Source: Auanema rhodensis
Lineage: Eukaryota; Animalia; Nematoda
Assembly: GCA_964057225.1 (NCBI GenBank)
Contig: OZ059900.1
Location: 4,650,001-4,714,000, forward strand
Length of the DNA: 64,000 nucleotides
Direction of reading: 5' to 3'
Shown here: positions 41,801 through 56,000 of the stretch, in pieces
Layout of the letters: each line of letters begins with the position of its first letter
Numbering within the stretch: position 1 is the first letter of the stretch
Notes under the pieces: generated by a model
Database searches by the model: none
Told to the model about the DNA's origin: nothing
The model's input: the letters and a program-made list of their open reading frames with translations, nothing else
Position numbers and translations under genes: made by a program

Positions 41801-44800
41801 CTTCATTAAAATTAACAGTATTCTTTTATCTTCAACGGTATCCGAGTTACAAATCAAGATCACTTTCTTTGGATACTTAGGTGGTATAGCTACCTGTTCA
41901 CAAAAAATTGGAAGTCCTGGTTACCATGCATCAAACCCATTAAGATTGTGTTTCTAGACTAATATGACCATGATGACTTCATTGAAAATCACAGTATTCT
42001 TCTATCTTCAACGGTATCCGAGTTACAAATCAAGATCACTTTCTTTGGATACTTAGGTGGTATAGCTACCTGTTCACAAAAAATTCGAAGTCTTGGTTAC
42101 CATGCATCAAATCCTTTAAGATAGTGTTTCTAGACTAATATAACCATGAGGACTTCATTAAATTTCACAGTATTCTTCTATCTTCAACGGTATCCGAGTT
42201 ACAAATCAAGATCACTTTCTTTGGATACTTAGGTGGTATAGCTACCTGTTCACAAAAAATTGGACGTCTTGGTTACCATGCATCAAACCCATTAAGATTG
42301 TGTTTCTAGACTAATATGACCATGATGACTTCATTAAATTTCACAGTATTCTTCTATCTTCAACGGTATCCGAGTTACAAATCAAGATCACTTTTTTTGG
42401 ATACTTAGGTGGTATAGCTACCTGTTCACAAAAAATTGGAAGTCCTGGTTACCATGCATCAAATCCTTTAAGATAGTGTTTCTAGACTAATATAACCATG
42501 GGGACTTCATTAAATTTCACAGTATTCTTCTATCTTTAACGGTATCCGAGTTACAAATCAAGATCACTTTCCTTGGATACTTAGGTGGTATAGCTACCTG
42601 TTCACAAAAAATTGGAAGTCCTGGTTACCATGCATCAAACCCATTAAGATTGTGTTTCTAGACTAATATCACCATGGGGACTTCATTAAATTTCACAGTA
42701 TTCTTCTATCTTTAACGGTATCCGAGTTACAAATCAAGATCACTTTCTTTGGATACTTAGGTGGTATAGCTACCTGTTCACAAAAAAGTCGAAGTCTTGG
42801 TTACCATGCATCAAATCCTTTAAGATAGTGTTTCTAGACTAATATAACCATGGGGACTTCCTTAAATTTAACAGTATTCTTCTATCTTCAACGGTATCCG
42901 AGTTACAAATCAAGATCACTTTCTTTGGATACTTAGGTGGTATAGCTACCTGTTCACAAAAAATTGGACGTCTTGGTTACCATGCATCAAACCCATTAAG
43001 ATTGTGTTTCTAGACTAATATGACCATGATGACTTCATTAAATTTCACAGTATTCTTCTATCTTCAACGGTATCCGAGTTACAAATCAAGATCACTTTCT
43101 TTGGATACTTAGGTGGTATAGCTACCTGTTCACAAAAAATTGGAAGTCCTGGTTACCATGCATCAAACCCATTAAGATTGTGTTTCTAGACTAATATGAC
43201 CATGATGACTTCATTAAATTTCACAGTATTCTTCTATCTTCAACGGTATCCGAGTTACAAATCAAGATCACTTTCTTTGGATACTTAGGTGGTATAGCTA
43301 CCTGTTCACAAAAAATTGGAAGTCCTGGTTACCATGCATCAAACCCATTAAGATTGTGTTTCTAGACTAATATGACCATGATGACTTCATTAAAATTAAC
43401 AGTATTCTTTTATCTTTAACGGTATCCGAGTTACAAATCAAGATCACTTTCTTTGGATACTTAGGTGGTATAGCTACCTGTTCACAAAAAATTGGAAGTC
43501 CTGGTTACCATGCATCAAACCCATTAAGATTGTGTTTCTAGACTAATATGACCATGATGACTTCATTGAAATTCACAGTATTCTTCTATCTTCAACGGTA
43601 TCCGAGTTACAAATCAAGATCACTTTCTTTGGATACTTAGGTGGTATAGCTACCTGTTCACAAAAAATTGGAAGTCTTGGTTACTATGCATCAAATCCTT
43701 TAAGATAGTGTTTCTAGACTAATATAACCATGGGGACTTCATTAAGTTTCACAGTATTCTTCTATCTTTAACGGTATCCGAGTTACAAATCAAGATCACT
43801 TTCCTTGGATACTTAGGTGGTATAGCTACCTGTTCACAAAAAATTGGAAGTCCTGGTTACCATGCATCAAACCCATTAAGATTGTGTTTCTAGACTAATA
43901 TAACCATGGGGACTTCATTAAATTTCACAGTATTCTTCTATCTTCAACGGTATCCGAGTTACAAATCAAGATCACTTTCTTTGGATACTTAGGTGGTATA
44001 GCTACCTGTTCACAAAAAATTGGAAGTCCTGGTTACCATGCATCAAACCCATTAAGATTGTGTTTCTAGACTAATATGACCATGATGACTTCATTAAATT
44101 TCACAGTATTCTTCTATCTTCAACGGTATCCGAGTTACAAATCAAGATCACTTTCTTTGGATACTTAGGTGGTATAGCTACCTGTTCACAAAAAATTGGA
44201 AGTCCTGGTTACCATGCATCAAACCCATTAAGATTGTGTTTCTAGACTAATATGACCATGAGAAATTCATTTAAGTTCACAGTATTCTTCTATCTTCAAC
44301 GGTATCCGAGTTACAAATCAAGATCACTTTCTTTGGATACTTAGGTGGTATAGCTACCTGTTCACAAAAAATTGGAAGTCTTGGTTACCATGCATCAAAT
44401 CCTTTAAGATAGTGTTTCTAGTCTTATATAACCATGGGGACTTCATTAAATTTCACAGTATTCTTCTATCTTTAACGGTATCCGAGTTACAAATCAAGAT
44501 CACTTTCTTTGGATACTTAGGTGATATAGCTACCTGTTCACAAAAAATTGGAAGTCCTGGTTACCATGCATCAAACCCATTAAGATTGTGTTTCTAGACT
44601 AATATGACCATGATGACTTCATTGAAAATCACAGTATTCTTCTATCTTCAACGGTATCCGAGTTACAAATCAAGATCACTTTCTTTGGATACTTAGGTGG
44701 TATAGCTACCTGTTCACAAAAAATTCGAAGTCTTGGTTACCATGCATCAAATCCTTTAAGATAGTGTTTCTAGACTAATATAACCATGCGGACTTCATTA

Positions 44801-45077
44801 AATTTCACAGTATTCTCCTATCTTCAACGGTATCCGAGTTACAAATCAAGATCACTTTCTTTGGATACTTAGGTGGTATAGCTACCTGTTCACAAAAAAT
44901 TGGACGTCTTGGTTACCATGCATCAAACCCATTAAGATTGTGTTTCTAGACTAATATGACCATGATGACTTCATTAAATTTCACAGTATTCTTCTATCTT
45001 CAACGGTATCCGAGTTACAAATCAAGATCATTTTCTTTGGATACTTAGGTGGTATAGCTACCTGTTCACAAAAAATT
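38825..45077. repeat. Copy A of a ~35-monomer block repeated 81 monomers (14,256 bp) downstream
   Basis: Shared rare SNPs at a constant offset of 14,256: 39665/53921, 40412/54668, 41648/55904, 42670/56926, 42788/57044, 43685/57941, 44422/58678, 44789/59045, 45031/59287. Boundaries are approximate. Confidence 0.9.
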
Positions 45078-46112
45078 GGAAGTCCTGGTTACCATGCATC
45101 AAACCCATTAAGATTGTGTTTCTAGACTAATATGACCATGAAAAATTCATTTAAGTTCACAGTATTCTTCTATCTTTAACGGTATCCGAGTTACAAATCA
45201 AGATCACTTTCCTTGGATACTTAGGTGGTATAGCTACCTGTTCACAAAAAATTGGAAGTCCTGGTTACCATGCATCAAACCCATTAAGATTGTGTTTCTA
45301 GACTAATATGACCATGATGACTTCATTGAAAATCACAGTATTCTTCTATCTTCAACGGTATCCGAGTTACAAATCAAGATCACTTTCTTTGGATACTTAG
45401 GTGGTATAGCTACCTGTTCACAAAAAATTCGAAGTCTTGGTTACCATGCATCAAATCCTTTAAGATAGTGTTTCTAGACTAATATAACCATGGGGACTTT
45501 ATTAAATTTCACAGTATTCTTCTATCTTCAACGGTATCCGAGTTACAAATCAAGATCACTTTCTTTGGATACTTAGGTGGTATAGCTACCTGTTCACAAA
45601 AAATTGGACGTCTTGGTTACCATGCATCAAACCCATTAAGATTGTGTTTCTAGACTAATATGACCATGATGACTTCATTAAATTTCACAGTATTCTTCTA
45701 TCTTCAACGGTATCCGAGTTACAAATCAAGATCACTTTCTTTGGATACTTAGGTGGTATAGCTACCTGTTCACAAAAAATTGGAAGTCCTGGTTACCATG
45801 CATCAAACCCATTAAGATTGTGTTTCTAGACTAATATGACCATGATGACTTCATTAAATTTCACAGTATTCTTCTATCTTCAACGGTATCCGAGTTACAA
45901 ATCAAGATCACTTTCTTTGGATACTTAGGTGGTATAGCTACCTGTTCACAAAAAATTCGAAGTCTTGGTTACCATGCATCAAATCCTTTAAGATAGTGTT
46001 TCTAGACTAATATAACCATGGGGACTTCATTAAAATTAACAGTATTCTTTTATCTTTAACGGTATCCGAGTTACAAATCAAGATCACTTTCTTTGGATAC
46101 TTAGGTGGTATA

Positions 46113-47520
46113 GCTACCTGTTCACAAAAAATTGGACGTCTTGGTTACCATGCATCAAACCCATTAAGATTGTGTTTCTAGACTAATATGACCATGAGAA
46201 ATTCATTTAAGTTCACAGTATTCTTCTATCTTTAACGGTATCCGAGTTACAAATCAAGATCACTTTCCTTGGATACTTAGGTGGTATAGCTACCTGTTCA
46301 CAAAAAATTGGAAGTCCTGGTTACCATGCATCAAACCCATTAAGATTGTGTTTCTAGACTAATATGACCATGATGACTTCATTGAAAATCACAGTATTCT
46401 TCTATCTTCAACGGTATCCGAGTTACAAATCAAGATCACTTTCTTTGGATACTTAGGTGGTATAGCTACCTGTTCACAAAAAATTCGAAGTCTTGGTTAC
46501 CATGCATCAAATCCTTTAAGATAGTGTTTCTAGACTAATATAACCATGGGGACTTCATTAAATTTCACAGTATTCTTCTATCTTCAACGGTATCCGAGTT
46601 ACAAATCAAGATCACTTTCTTTGGATACTTAGGTGGTATAGCTACCTGTTCACAAAAAATTGGAAGTCCTGGTTACCATGCATCAAACCCATTAAGATTG
46701 TGTTTCTAGACTAATATGACCATGATGACTTCATTGAAATTCACAGTATTCTTCTATCTTCAACGGTATCCGAGTTACAAATCAAGATCACTTTCTTTGG
46801 ATACTTAGGTGGTATAGCTACCTGTTCACAAAAAATTGGACGTCTTGGTTACCATGCATCAAACCCATTAAGATTGTGTTTCTAGACTAATATGACCATG
46901 AGAAATTCATTTAAGTTCACAGTATTCTTCTATCTTTAACGGTATCCGAGTTACAAATCAAGATCACTTTCCTTGGATACTTAGGTGGTATAGCTACCTG
47001 TTCACAAAAAATTGGAAGTCCTGGTTACCATGCATCAAACCCATTAAGATTGTGTTTCTAGACTAATATGACCATGATGACTTCATTGAAAATCACAGTA
47101 TTCTTCTATCTTCAACGGTATCCGAGTTACAAATCAAGATCACTTTCTTTGGATACTTAGGTGGTATAGCTACCTGTTCACAAAAAATTCGAAGTCTTGG
47201 TTACCATGCATCAAATCCTTTAAGATAGTGTTTCTAGACTAATATAACCATGGGGACTTCATTAAATTTCACAGTATTCTTCTATCTTCAACGGTATCCG
47301 AGTTACAAATCAAGATCACTTTCTTTGGATACTTAGGTGGTATAGCTACCTGTTCACAAAAAATTGGAAGTCCTGGTTACCATGCATCAAACCCATTAAG
47401 ATTGTGTTTCTAGACTAATATGACCATGATGACTTCATTGAAATTCACAGTATTCTTCTATCTTCAACGGTATCCGAGTTACAAATCAAGATCACTTTCT
47501 TTGGATACTTAGGTGGTATA
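46113..47520. repeat. 4-monomer tandem duplication (2 x 704 bp)
   Basis: A monomer combining GGACGTC, GAGAAATTC and TTCCTTGG, followed by a GAAAATC monomer, starts at both 46113 and 46817. The homologous region at 59489-60192 has only one copy. Confidence 0.85.
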
Positions 47521-48576
47521 GCTACCTGTTCACAAAAAATTGGAAGTCTTGGTTACCATGCATCAAATCCTTTAAGATAGTGTTTCTAGACTAATATAAC
47601 CATGGGGACTTCATTAAATTTCACAGTATTCTTCTATCTTTAACGGTATCCGAGTTACAAATCAAGATCACTTTCCTTGGATACTTAGGTGGTATAGCTA
47701 CCTGTTCACAAAAAATTGGAAGTCCTGGTTACCATGCATCAAACCCATTAAGATTGTGTTTCTAGACTAATATAACCATGGGGACTTCATTAAATTTCAC
47801 AGTATTCTTCTATCTTTAACGGTATCCGAGTTACAAATCAAGATCACTTTCTTTGGATACTTAGGTGGTATAGCTACCTGTTCACAAAAAATTCGAAGTC
47901 TTGGTTACCATGCATCAAATCCTTTAAGATAGTGTTTCTAGACTAATATAACCATGGGGACTTCCTTAAATTTAACAGTATTCTTCTATCTTCAACGGTA
48001 TCCGAGTTACAAATCAAGATCACTTTCTTTGGATACTTAGGTGGTATAGCTACCTGTTCACAAAAAATTGGACGTCTTGGTTACCATGCATCAAACCCAT
48101 TAAGATTGTGTTTCTAGACTAATATGACCATGATGACTTCATTAAATTTCACAGTATTCTTCTATCTTCAACGGTATCCGAGTTACAAATCAAGATCACT
48201 TTCTTTGGATACTTAGGTGGTATAGCTACCTGTTCACAAAAAATTGGAAGTCCTGGTTACCATGCATCAAACCCATTAAGATTGTGTTTCTAGACTAATA
48301 TGACCATGATGACTTCATTAAATTTCACAGTATTCTTCTATCTTCAACGGTATCCGAGTTACAAATCAAGATCACTTTCTTTGGATACTTAGGTGGTATA
48401 GCTACCTGTTCACAAAAAATTGGAAGTCCTGGTTACCATGCATCAAACCCATTAAGATTGTGTTTCTAGACTAATATGACCATGATGACTTCATTGAAAT
48501 TCACAGTATTCTTCTATCTTCAACGGTATCCGAGTTACAAATCAAGATCACTTTCTTTGGATACTTAGGTGGTATA

Positions 48577-50688
48577 GCTACCTGTTCACAAAAAATTGGA
48601 AGTCTTGGTTACCATGCATCAAACCCATTAAGATTGTGTTTCTAGACTAATATGACCATGATGACTTCATTGAAATTCACAGTATTCTTCTATCTTCAAC
48701 GGTATCCGAGTTACAAATCAAGATCACTTTCTTTGGATACTTAGGTGGTATAGCTACCTGTTCACAAAAAATTCGAAGTCTTGGTTACCATGCATCAAAT
48801 CCTTTAAGATAGTGTTTCTAGACTAATATAACCATGGGGACTTCATTAAAATTAACAGTATTCTTTTATCTTCAACGGTATCCGAGTTACAAATCAAGAT
48901 CACTTTCTTTGGATACTTAGGTGGTATAGCTACCTGTTCACAAAAAATTGGAAGTCCTGGTTACCATGCATCAAACCCATTAAGATTGTGTTTCTAGACT
49001 AATATGACCATGATGACTTCATTGAAATTCACAGTATTCTTCTATCTTCAACGGTATCCGAGTTACAAATCAAGATCACTTTCTTTGGATACTTAGGTGG
49101 TATAGCTACCTGTTCACAAAAAATTGGAAGTCTTGGTTACCATGCATCAAACCCATTAAGATTGTGTTTCTAGACTAATATAACCATGGGGACTTCATTA
49201 AATTTCACAGTATTCTTCTATCTTTAACGGTATCCGAGTTACAAATCAAGATCACTTTCCTTGGATACTTAGGTGGTATAGCTACCTGTTCACAAAAAAT
49301 TGGAAGTCCTGGTTACCATGCATCAAACCCATTAAGATTGTGTTTCTAGACTAATATAACCATGGGGACTTCATTAAATTTCACAGTATTCTTCTATCTT
49401 TAACGGTATCCGAGTTACAAATCAAGATCACTTTCTTTGGATACTTAGGTGGTATAGCTACCTGTTCACAAAAAATTCGAAGTCTTGGTTACCATGCATC
49501 AAATCCTTTAAGATAGTGTTTCTAGACTAATATAACCATGGGGACTTCCTTAAATTTAACAGTATTCTTCTATCTTCAACGGTATCCGAGTTACAAATCA
49601 AGATCACTTTCTTTGGATACTTAGGTGGTATAGCTACCTGTTCACAAAAAATTGGAAGTCTTGGTTACCATGCATCAAACCCATTAAGATTGTGTTTCTA
49701 GACTAATATGACCATGATGACTTCATTGAAATTCACAGTATTCTTCTATCTTCAACGGTATCCGAGTTACAAATCAAGATCACTTTCTTTGGATACTTAG
49801 GTGGTATAGCTACCTGTTCACAAAAAATTCGAAGTCTTGGTTACCATGCATCAAATCCTTTAAGATAGTGTTTCTAGACTAATATAACCATGGGGACTTC
49901 ATTAAAATTAACAGTATTCTTTTATCTTCAACGGTATCCGAGTTACAAATCAAGATCACTTTCTTTGGATACTTAGGTGGTATAGCTACCTGTTCACAAA
50001 AAATTGGAAGTCCTGGTTACCATGCATCAAACCCATTAAGATTGTGTTTCTAGACTAATATGACCATGATGACTTCATTGAAATTCACAGTATTCTTCTA
50101 TCTTCAACGGTATCCGAGTTACAAATCAAGATCACTTTCTTTGGATACTTAGGTGGTATAGCTACCTGTTCACAAAAAATTGGAAGTCTTGGTTACCATG
50201 CATCAAACCCATTAAGATTGTGTTTCTAGACTAATATAACCATGGGGACTTCATTAAATTTCACAGTATTCTTCTATCTTTAACGGTATCCGAGTTACAA
50301 ATCAAGATCACTTTCCTTGGATACTTAGGTGGTATAGCTACCTGTTCACAAAAAATTGGAAGTCCTGGTTACCATGCATCAAACCCATTAAGATTGTGTT
50401 TCTAGACTAATATAACCATGGGGACTTCATTAAATTTCACAGTATTCTTCTATCTTTAACGGTATCCGAGTTACAAATCAAGATCACTTTCTTTGGATAC
50501 TTAGGTGGTATAGCTACCTGTTCACAAAAAATTCGAAGTCTTGGTTACCATGCATCAAATCCTTTAAGATAGTGTTTCTAGACTAATATAACCATGGGGA
50601 CTTCCTTAAATTTAACAGTATTCTTCTATCTTCAACGGTATCCGAGTTACAAATCAAGATCACTTTCTTTGGATACTTAGGTGGTATA
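48577..50688. repeat. 6-monomer tandem duplication (2 x 1056 bp)
   Basis: The same order of six monomer types runs from 48577 and from 49633, each ending in the TTCCTTAAATTTAAC monomer. Confidence 0.82.
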
Positions 50689-53080
50689 GCTACCTGTTCA
50701 CAAAAAATTCGAAGTCTTGGTTACCATGCATCAAATCCTTTAAGATAGTGTTTCTAGACTAATATAACCATGGGGACTTCATTAAAATTAACAGTATTCT
50801 TTTATCTTTAACGGTATCCGAGTTACAAATCAAGATCACTTTCTTTGGATACTTAGGTGGTATAGCTACCTGTTCACAAAAAATTGGAAGTCCTGGTTAC
50901 CATGCATCAAACCCATTAAGATTGTGTTTCTAGACTAATATGACCATGATGACTTCATTGAAATTCACAGTATTCTTCTATCTTCAACGGTATCCGAGTT
51001 ACAAATCAAGATCACTTTCTTTGGATACTTAGGTGGTATAGCTACCTGTTCACAAAAAATTGGAAGTCCTGGTTACCATGCATCAAACCCATTAAGATTG
51101 TGTTTCTAGACTAATATGACCATGATGACTTCATTGAAATTCACAGTATTCTTCTATCTTCAACGGTATCCGAGTTACAAATCAAGATCACTTTCTTTGG
51201 ATACTTAGGTGGTATAGCTACCTGTTCACAAAAAATTGGAAGTCTTGGTTACCATGCATCAAACCCATTAAGATTGTGTTTCTAGACTAATATGACCATG
51301 ATGACTTCATTGAAATTCACAGTATTCTTCTATCTTCAACGGTATCCGAGTTACAAATCAAGATCACTTTCTTTGGATACTTAGGTGGTATAGCTACCTG
51401 TTCACAAAAAATTCGAAGTCTTGGTTACCATGCATCAAATCCTTTAAGATAGTGTTTCTAGACTAATATAACCATGGGGACTTCATTAAATTTCACAGTA
51501 TTCTTCTATCTTTAACGGTATCCGAGTTACAAATCAAGATCACTTTCCTTGGATACTTAGGTGGTATAGCTACCTGTTCACAAAAAATTGGAAGTCCTGG
51601 TTACCATGCATCAAACCCATTAAGATTGTGTTTCTAGACTAATATGACCATGATGACTTCATTGAAATTCACAGTATTCTTCTATCTTCAACGGTATCCG
51701 AGTTACAAATCAAGATCACTTTCTTTGGATACTTAGGTGGTATAGCTACCTGTTCACAAAAAATTGGAAGTCTTGGTTACCATGCATCAAACCCATTAAG
51801 ATTGTGTTTCTAGACTAATATAACCATGGGGACTTCATTAAATTTCACAGTATTCTTCTATCTTTAACGGTATCCGAGTTACAAATCAAGATCACTTTCC
51901 TTGGATACTTAGGTGGTATAGCTACCTGTTCACAAAAAATTGGAAGTCCTGGTTACCATGCATCAAACCCATTAAGATTGTGTTTCTAGACTAATATAAC
52001 CATGGGGACTTCATTAAATTTCACAGTATTCTTCTATCTTTAACGGTATCCGAGTTACAAATCAAGATCACTTTCTTTGGATACTTAGGTGGTATAGCTA
52101 CCTGTTCACAAAAAATTCGAAGTCTTGGTTACCATGCATCAAATCCTTTAAGATAGTGTTTCTAGACTAATATAACCATGGGGACTTCCTTAAATTTAAC
52201 AGTATTCTTCTATCTTCAACGGTATCCGAGTTACAAATCAAGATCACTTTCTTTGGATACTTAGGTGGTATAGCTACCTGTTCACAAAAAATTCGAAGTC
52301 TTGGTTACCATGCATCAAATCCTTTAAGATAGTGTTTCTAGACTAATATAACCATGGGGACTTCATTAAAATTAACAGTATTCTTTTATCTTTAACGGTA
52401 TCCGAGTTACAAATCAAGATCACTTTCTTTGGATACTTAGGTGGTATAGCTACCTGTTCACAAAAAATTGGAAGTCCTGGTTACCATGCATCAAACCCAT
52501 TAAGATTGTGTTTCTAGACTAATATGACCATGATGACTTCATTGAAATTCACAGTATTCTTCTATCTTCAACGGTATCCGAGTTACAAATCAAGATCACT
52601 TTCTTTGGATACTTAGGTGGTATAGCTACCTGTTCACAAAAAATTGGAAGTCCTGGTTACCATGCATCAAACCCATTAAGATTGTGTTTCTAGACTAATA
52701 TGACCATGATGACTTCATTGAAATTCACAGTATTCTTCTATCTTCAACGGTATCCGAGTTACAAATCAAGATCACTTTCTTTGGATACTTAGGTGGTATA
52801 GCTACCTGTTCACAAAAAATTGGAAGTCTTGGTTACCATGCATCAAACCCATTAAGATTGTGTTTCTAGACTAATATGACCATGATGACTTCATTGAAAT
52901 TCACAGTATTCTTCTATCTTCAACGGTATCCGAGTTACAAATCAAGATCACTTTCTTTGGATACTTAGGTGGTATAGCTACCTGTTCACAAAAAATTCGA
53001 AGTCTTGGTTACCATGCATCAAATCCTTTAAGATAGTGTTTCTAGACTAATATAACCATGGGGACTTCATTAAAATTAAC

Positions 53081-56000
53081 AGTATTCTTTTATCTTCAAC
53101 GGTATCCGAGTTACAAATCAAGATCACTTTCTTTGGATACTTAGGTGGTATAGCTACCTGTTCACAAAAAATTGGAAGTCCTGGTTACCATGCATCAAAC
53201 CCATTAAGATTGTGTTTCTAGACTAATATGACCATGATGACTTCATTGAAATTCACAGTATTCTTCTATCTTCAACGGTATCCGAGTTACAAATCAAGAT
53301 CACTTTCTTTGGATACTTAGGTGGTATAGCTACCTGTTCACAAAAAATTGGAAGTCTTGGTTACCATGCATCAAACCCATTAAGATTGTGTTTCTAGACT
53401 AATATAACCATGGGGACTTCATTAAATTTCACAGTATTCTTCTATCTTTAACGGTATCCGAGTTACAAATCAAGATCACTTTCCTTGGATACTTAGGTGG
53501 TATAGCTACCTGTTCACAAAAAATTGGAAGTCCTGGTTACCATGCATCAAACCCATTAAGATTGTGTTTCTAGACTAATATAACCATGGGGACTTCATTA
53601 AATTTCACAGTATTCTTCTATCTTTAACGGTATCCGAGTTACAAATCAAGATCACTTTCTTTGGATACTTAGGTGGTATAGCTACCTGTTCACAAAAAAT
53701 TCGAAGTCTTGGTTACCATGCATCAAATCCTTTAAGATAGTGTTTCTAGACTAATATAACCATGGGGACTTCCTTAAATTTAACAGTATTCTTCTATCTT
53801 CAACGGTATCCGAGTTACAAATCAAGATCACTTTCTTTGGATACTTAGGTGGTATAGCTACCTGTTCACAAAAAATTGGAAGTCCTGGTTACCATGCATC
53901 AAACCCATTAAGATTGTGTTCCTAGACTAATATAACCATGGGGACTTCATTAAATTTCACAGTATTCTTCTATCTTTAACGGTATCCGAGTTACAAATCA
54001 AGATCACTTTCTTTGGATACTTAGGTGGTATAGCTACCTGTTCACAAAAAATTCGAAGTCTTGGTTACCATGCATCAAATCCTTTAAGATAGTGTTTCTA
54101 GACTAATATAACCATGGGGACTTCATTAAAATTAACAGTATTCTTTTATCTTCAACGGTATCCGAGTTACAAATCAAGATCACTTTCTTTGGATACTTAG
54201 GTGGTATAGCTACCTGTTCACAAAAAATTGGAAGTCCTGGTTACCATGCATCAAACCCATTAAGATTGTGTTTCTAGACTAATATGACCATGATGACTTC
54301 ATTGAAATTCACAGTATTCTTCTATCTTCAACGGTATCCGAGTTACAAATCAAGATCACTTTCTTTGGATACTTAGGTGGTATAGCTACCTGTTCACAAA
54401 AAATTGGAAGTCCTGGTTACCATGCATCAAACCCATTAAGATTGTGTTTCTAGACTAATATAACCATGGGGACTTCATTAAATTTCACAGTATTCTTCTA
54501 TCTTTAACGGTATCCGAGTTACAAATCAAGATCACTTTCTTTGGATACTTAGGTGGTATAGCTACCTGTTCACAAAAAATTCGAAGTCTTGGTTACCATG
54601 CATCAAATCCTTTAAGATAGTGTTTCTAGACTAATATAACCATGGGGACTTCCTTAAATTTAACAGTTTTCTTCTATCTTCAACGGTATCCGAGTTACAA
54701 ATCAAGATCACTTTCTTTGGATACTTAGGTGGTATAGCTACCTGTTCACAAAAAATTGGACGTCTTGGTTACCATGCATCAAACCCATTAAGATTGTGTT
54801 TCTAGACTAATATGACCATGATGACTTCATTAAATTTCATAGTATTCTTCTATCTTCAACGGTATCCGAGTTACAAATCAAGATCACTTTCTTTGGATAC
54901 TTAGGTGGTATAGCTACCTGTTCACAAAAAATTGGAAGTCCTGGTTACCATGCATCAAACCCATTAAGATTGTGTTTCTAGACTAATATGACCATGATGA
55001 CTTCATTAAATTTCACAGTATTCTTCTATCTTCAACGGTATCCGAGTTACAAATCAAGATCACTTTCTTTGGATACTTAGGTGGTATAGCTACCTGTTCA
55101 CAAAAAATTGGAAGTCCTGGTTACCATGCATCAAACCCATTAAGATTGTGTTTCTAGACTAATATGACCATGATGACTTCATTAAATTTCACAGTATTCT
55201 TCTATCTTCAACGGTATCCGAGTTACAAATCAAGATCACTTTCTTTGGATACTTAGGTGGTATAGCTACCTGTTCACAAAAAATTCGAAGTCTTGGTTAC
55301 CATGCATCAAATCCTTTAAGATAGTGTTTCTAGACTAATATAACCATGGGGACTTCATTAAAATTAACAGTATTCTTTTATCTTTAACGGTATCCGAGTT
55401 ACAAATCAAGATCACTTTCTTTGGATACTTAGGTGGTATAGCTACCTGTTCACAAAAAATTGGAAGTCCTGGTTACCATGCATCAAACCCATTAAGATTG
55501 TGTTTCTAGACTAATATGACCATGATGACTTCATTGAAATTCACAGTATTCTTCTATCTTCAACGGTATCCGAGTTACAAATCAAGATCACTTTCTTTGG
55601 ATACTTAGGTGGTATAGCTACCTGTTCACAAAAAATTCGAAGTCTTGGTTACCATGCATCAAATCCTTTAAGATAGTGTTTCTAGACTAATATAACCATG
55701 GGGACTTCATTAAATTTCACAGTATTCTTCTATCTTCAACGGTATCCGAGTTACAAATCAAGATCACTTTCTTTGGATACTTAGGTGGTATAGCTACCTG
55801 TTCACAAAAAATTCGAAGTCTTGGTTACCATGCATCAAATCCTTTAAGATAGTGTTTCTAGACTAATATAACCATGGGGACTTCATTAAATTTCACAGTA
55901 TTCATCTATCTTCAACGGTATCCGAGTTACAAATCAAGATCACTTTCTTTGGATACTTAGGTGGTATAGCTACCTGTTCACAAAAAATTCGAAGTCTTGG

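Noticed and set aside
44412-44597. 61-aa ORF (MFLVLYNHGDF...)
   Set aside because: It starts at a GTG inside the satellite and exists only because GACTAA changed to GTCTTA, removing a stop. It spans about one monomer, and 176 is not a multiple of 3. There is no gene context or recognisable domain.
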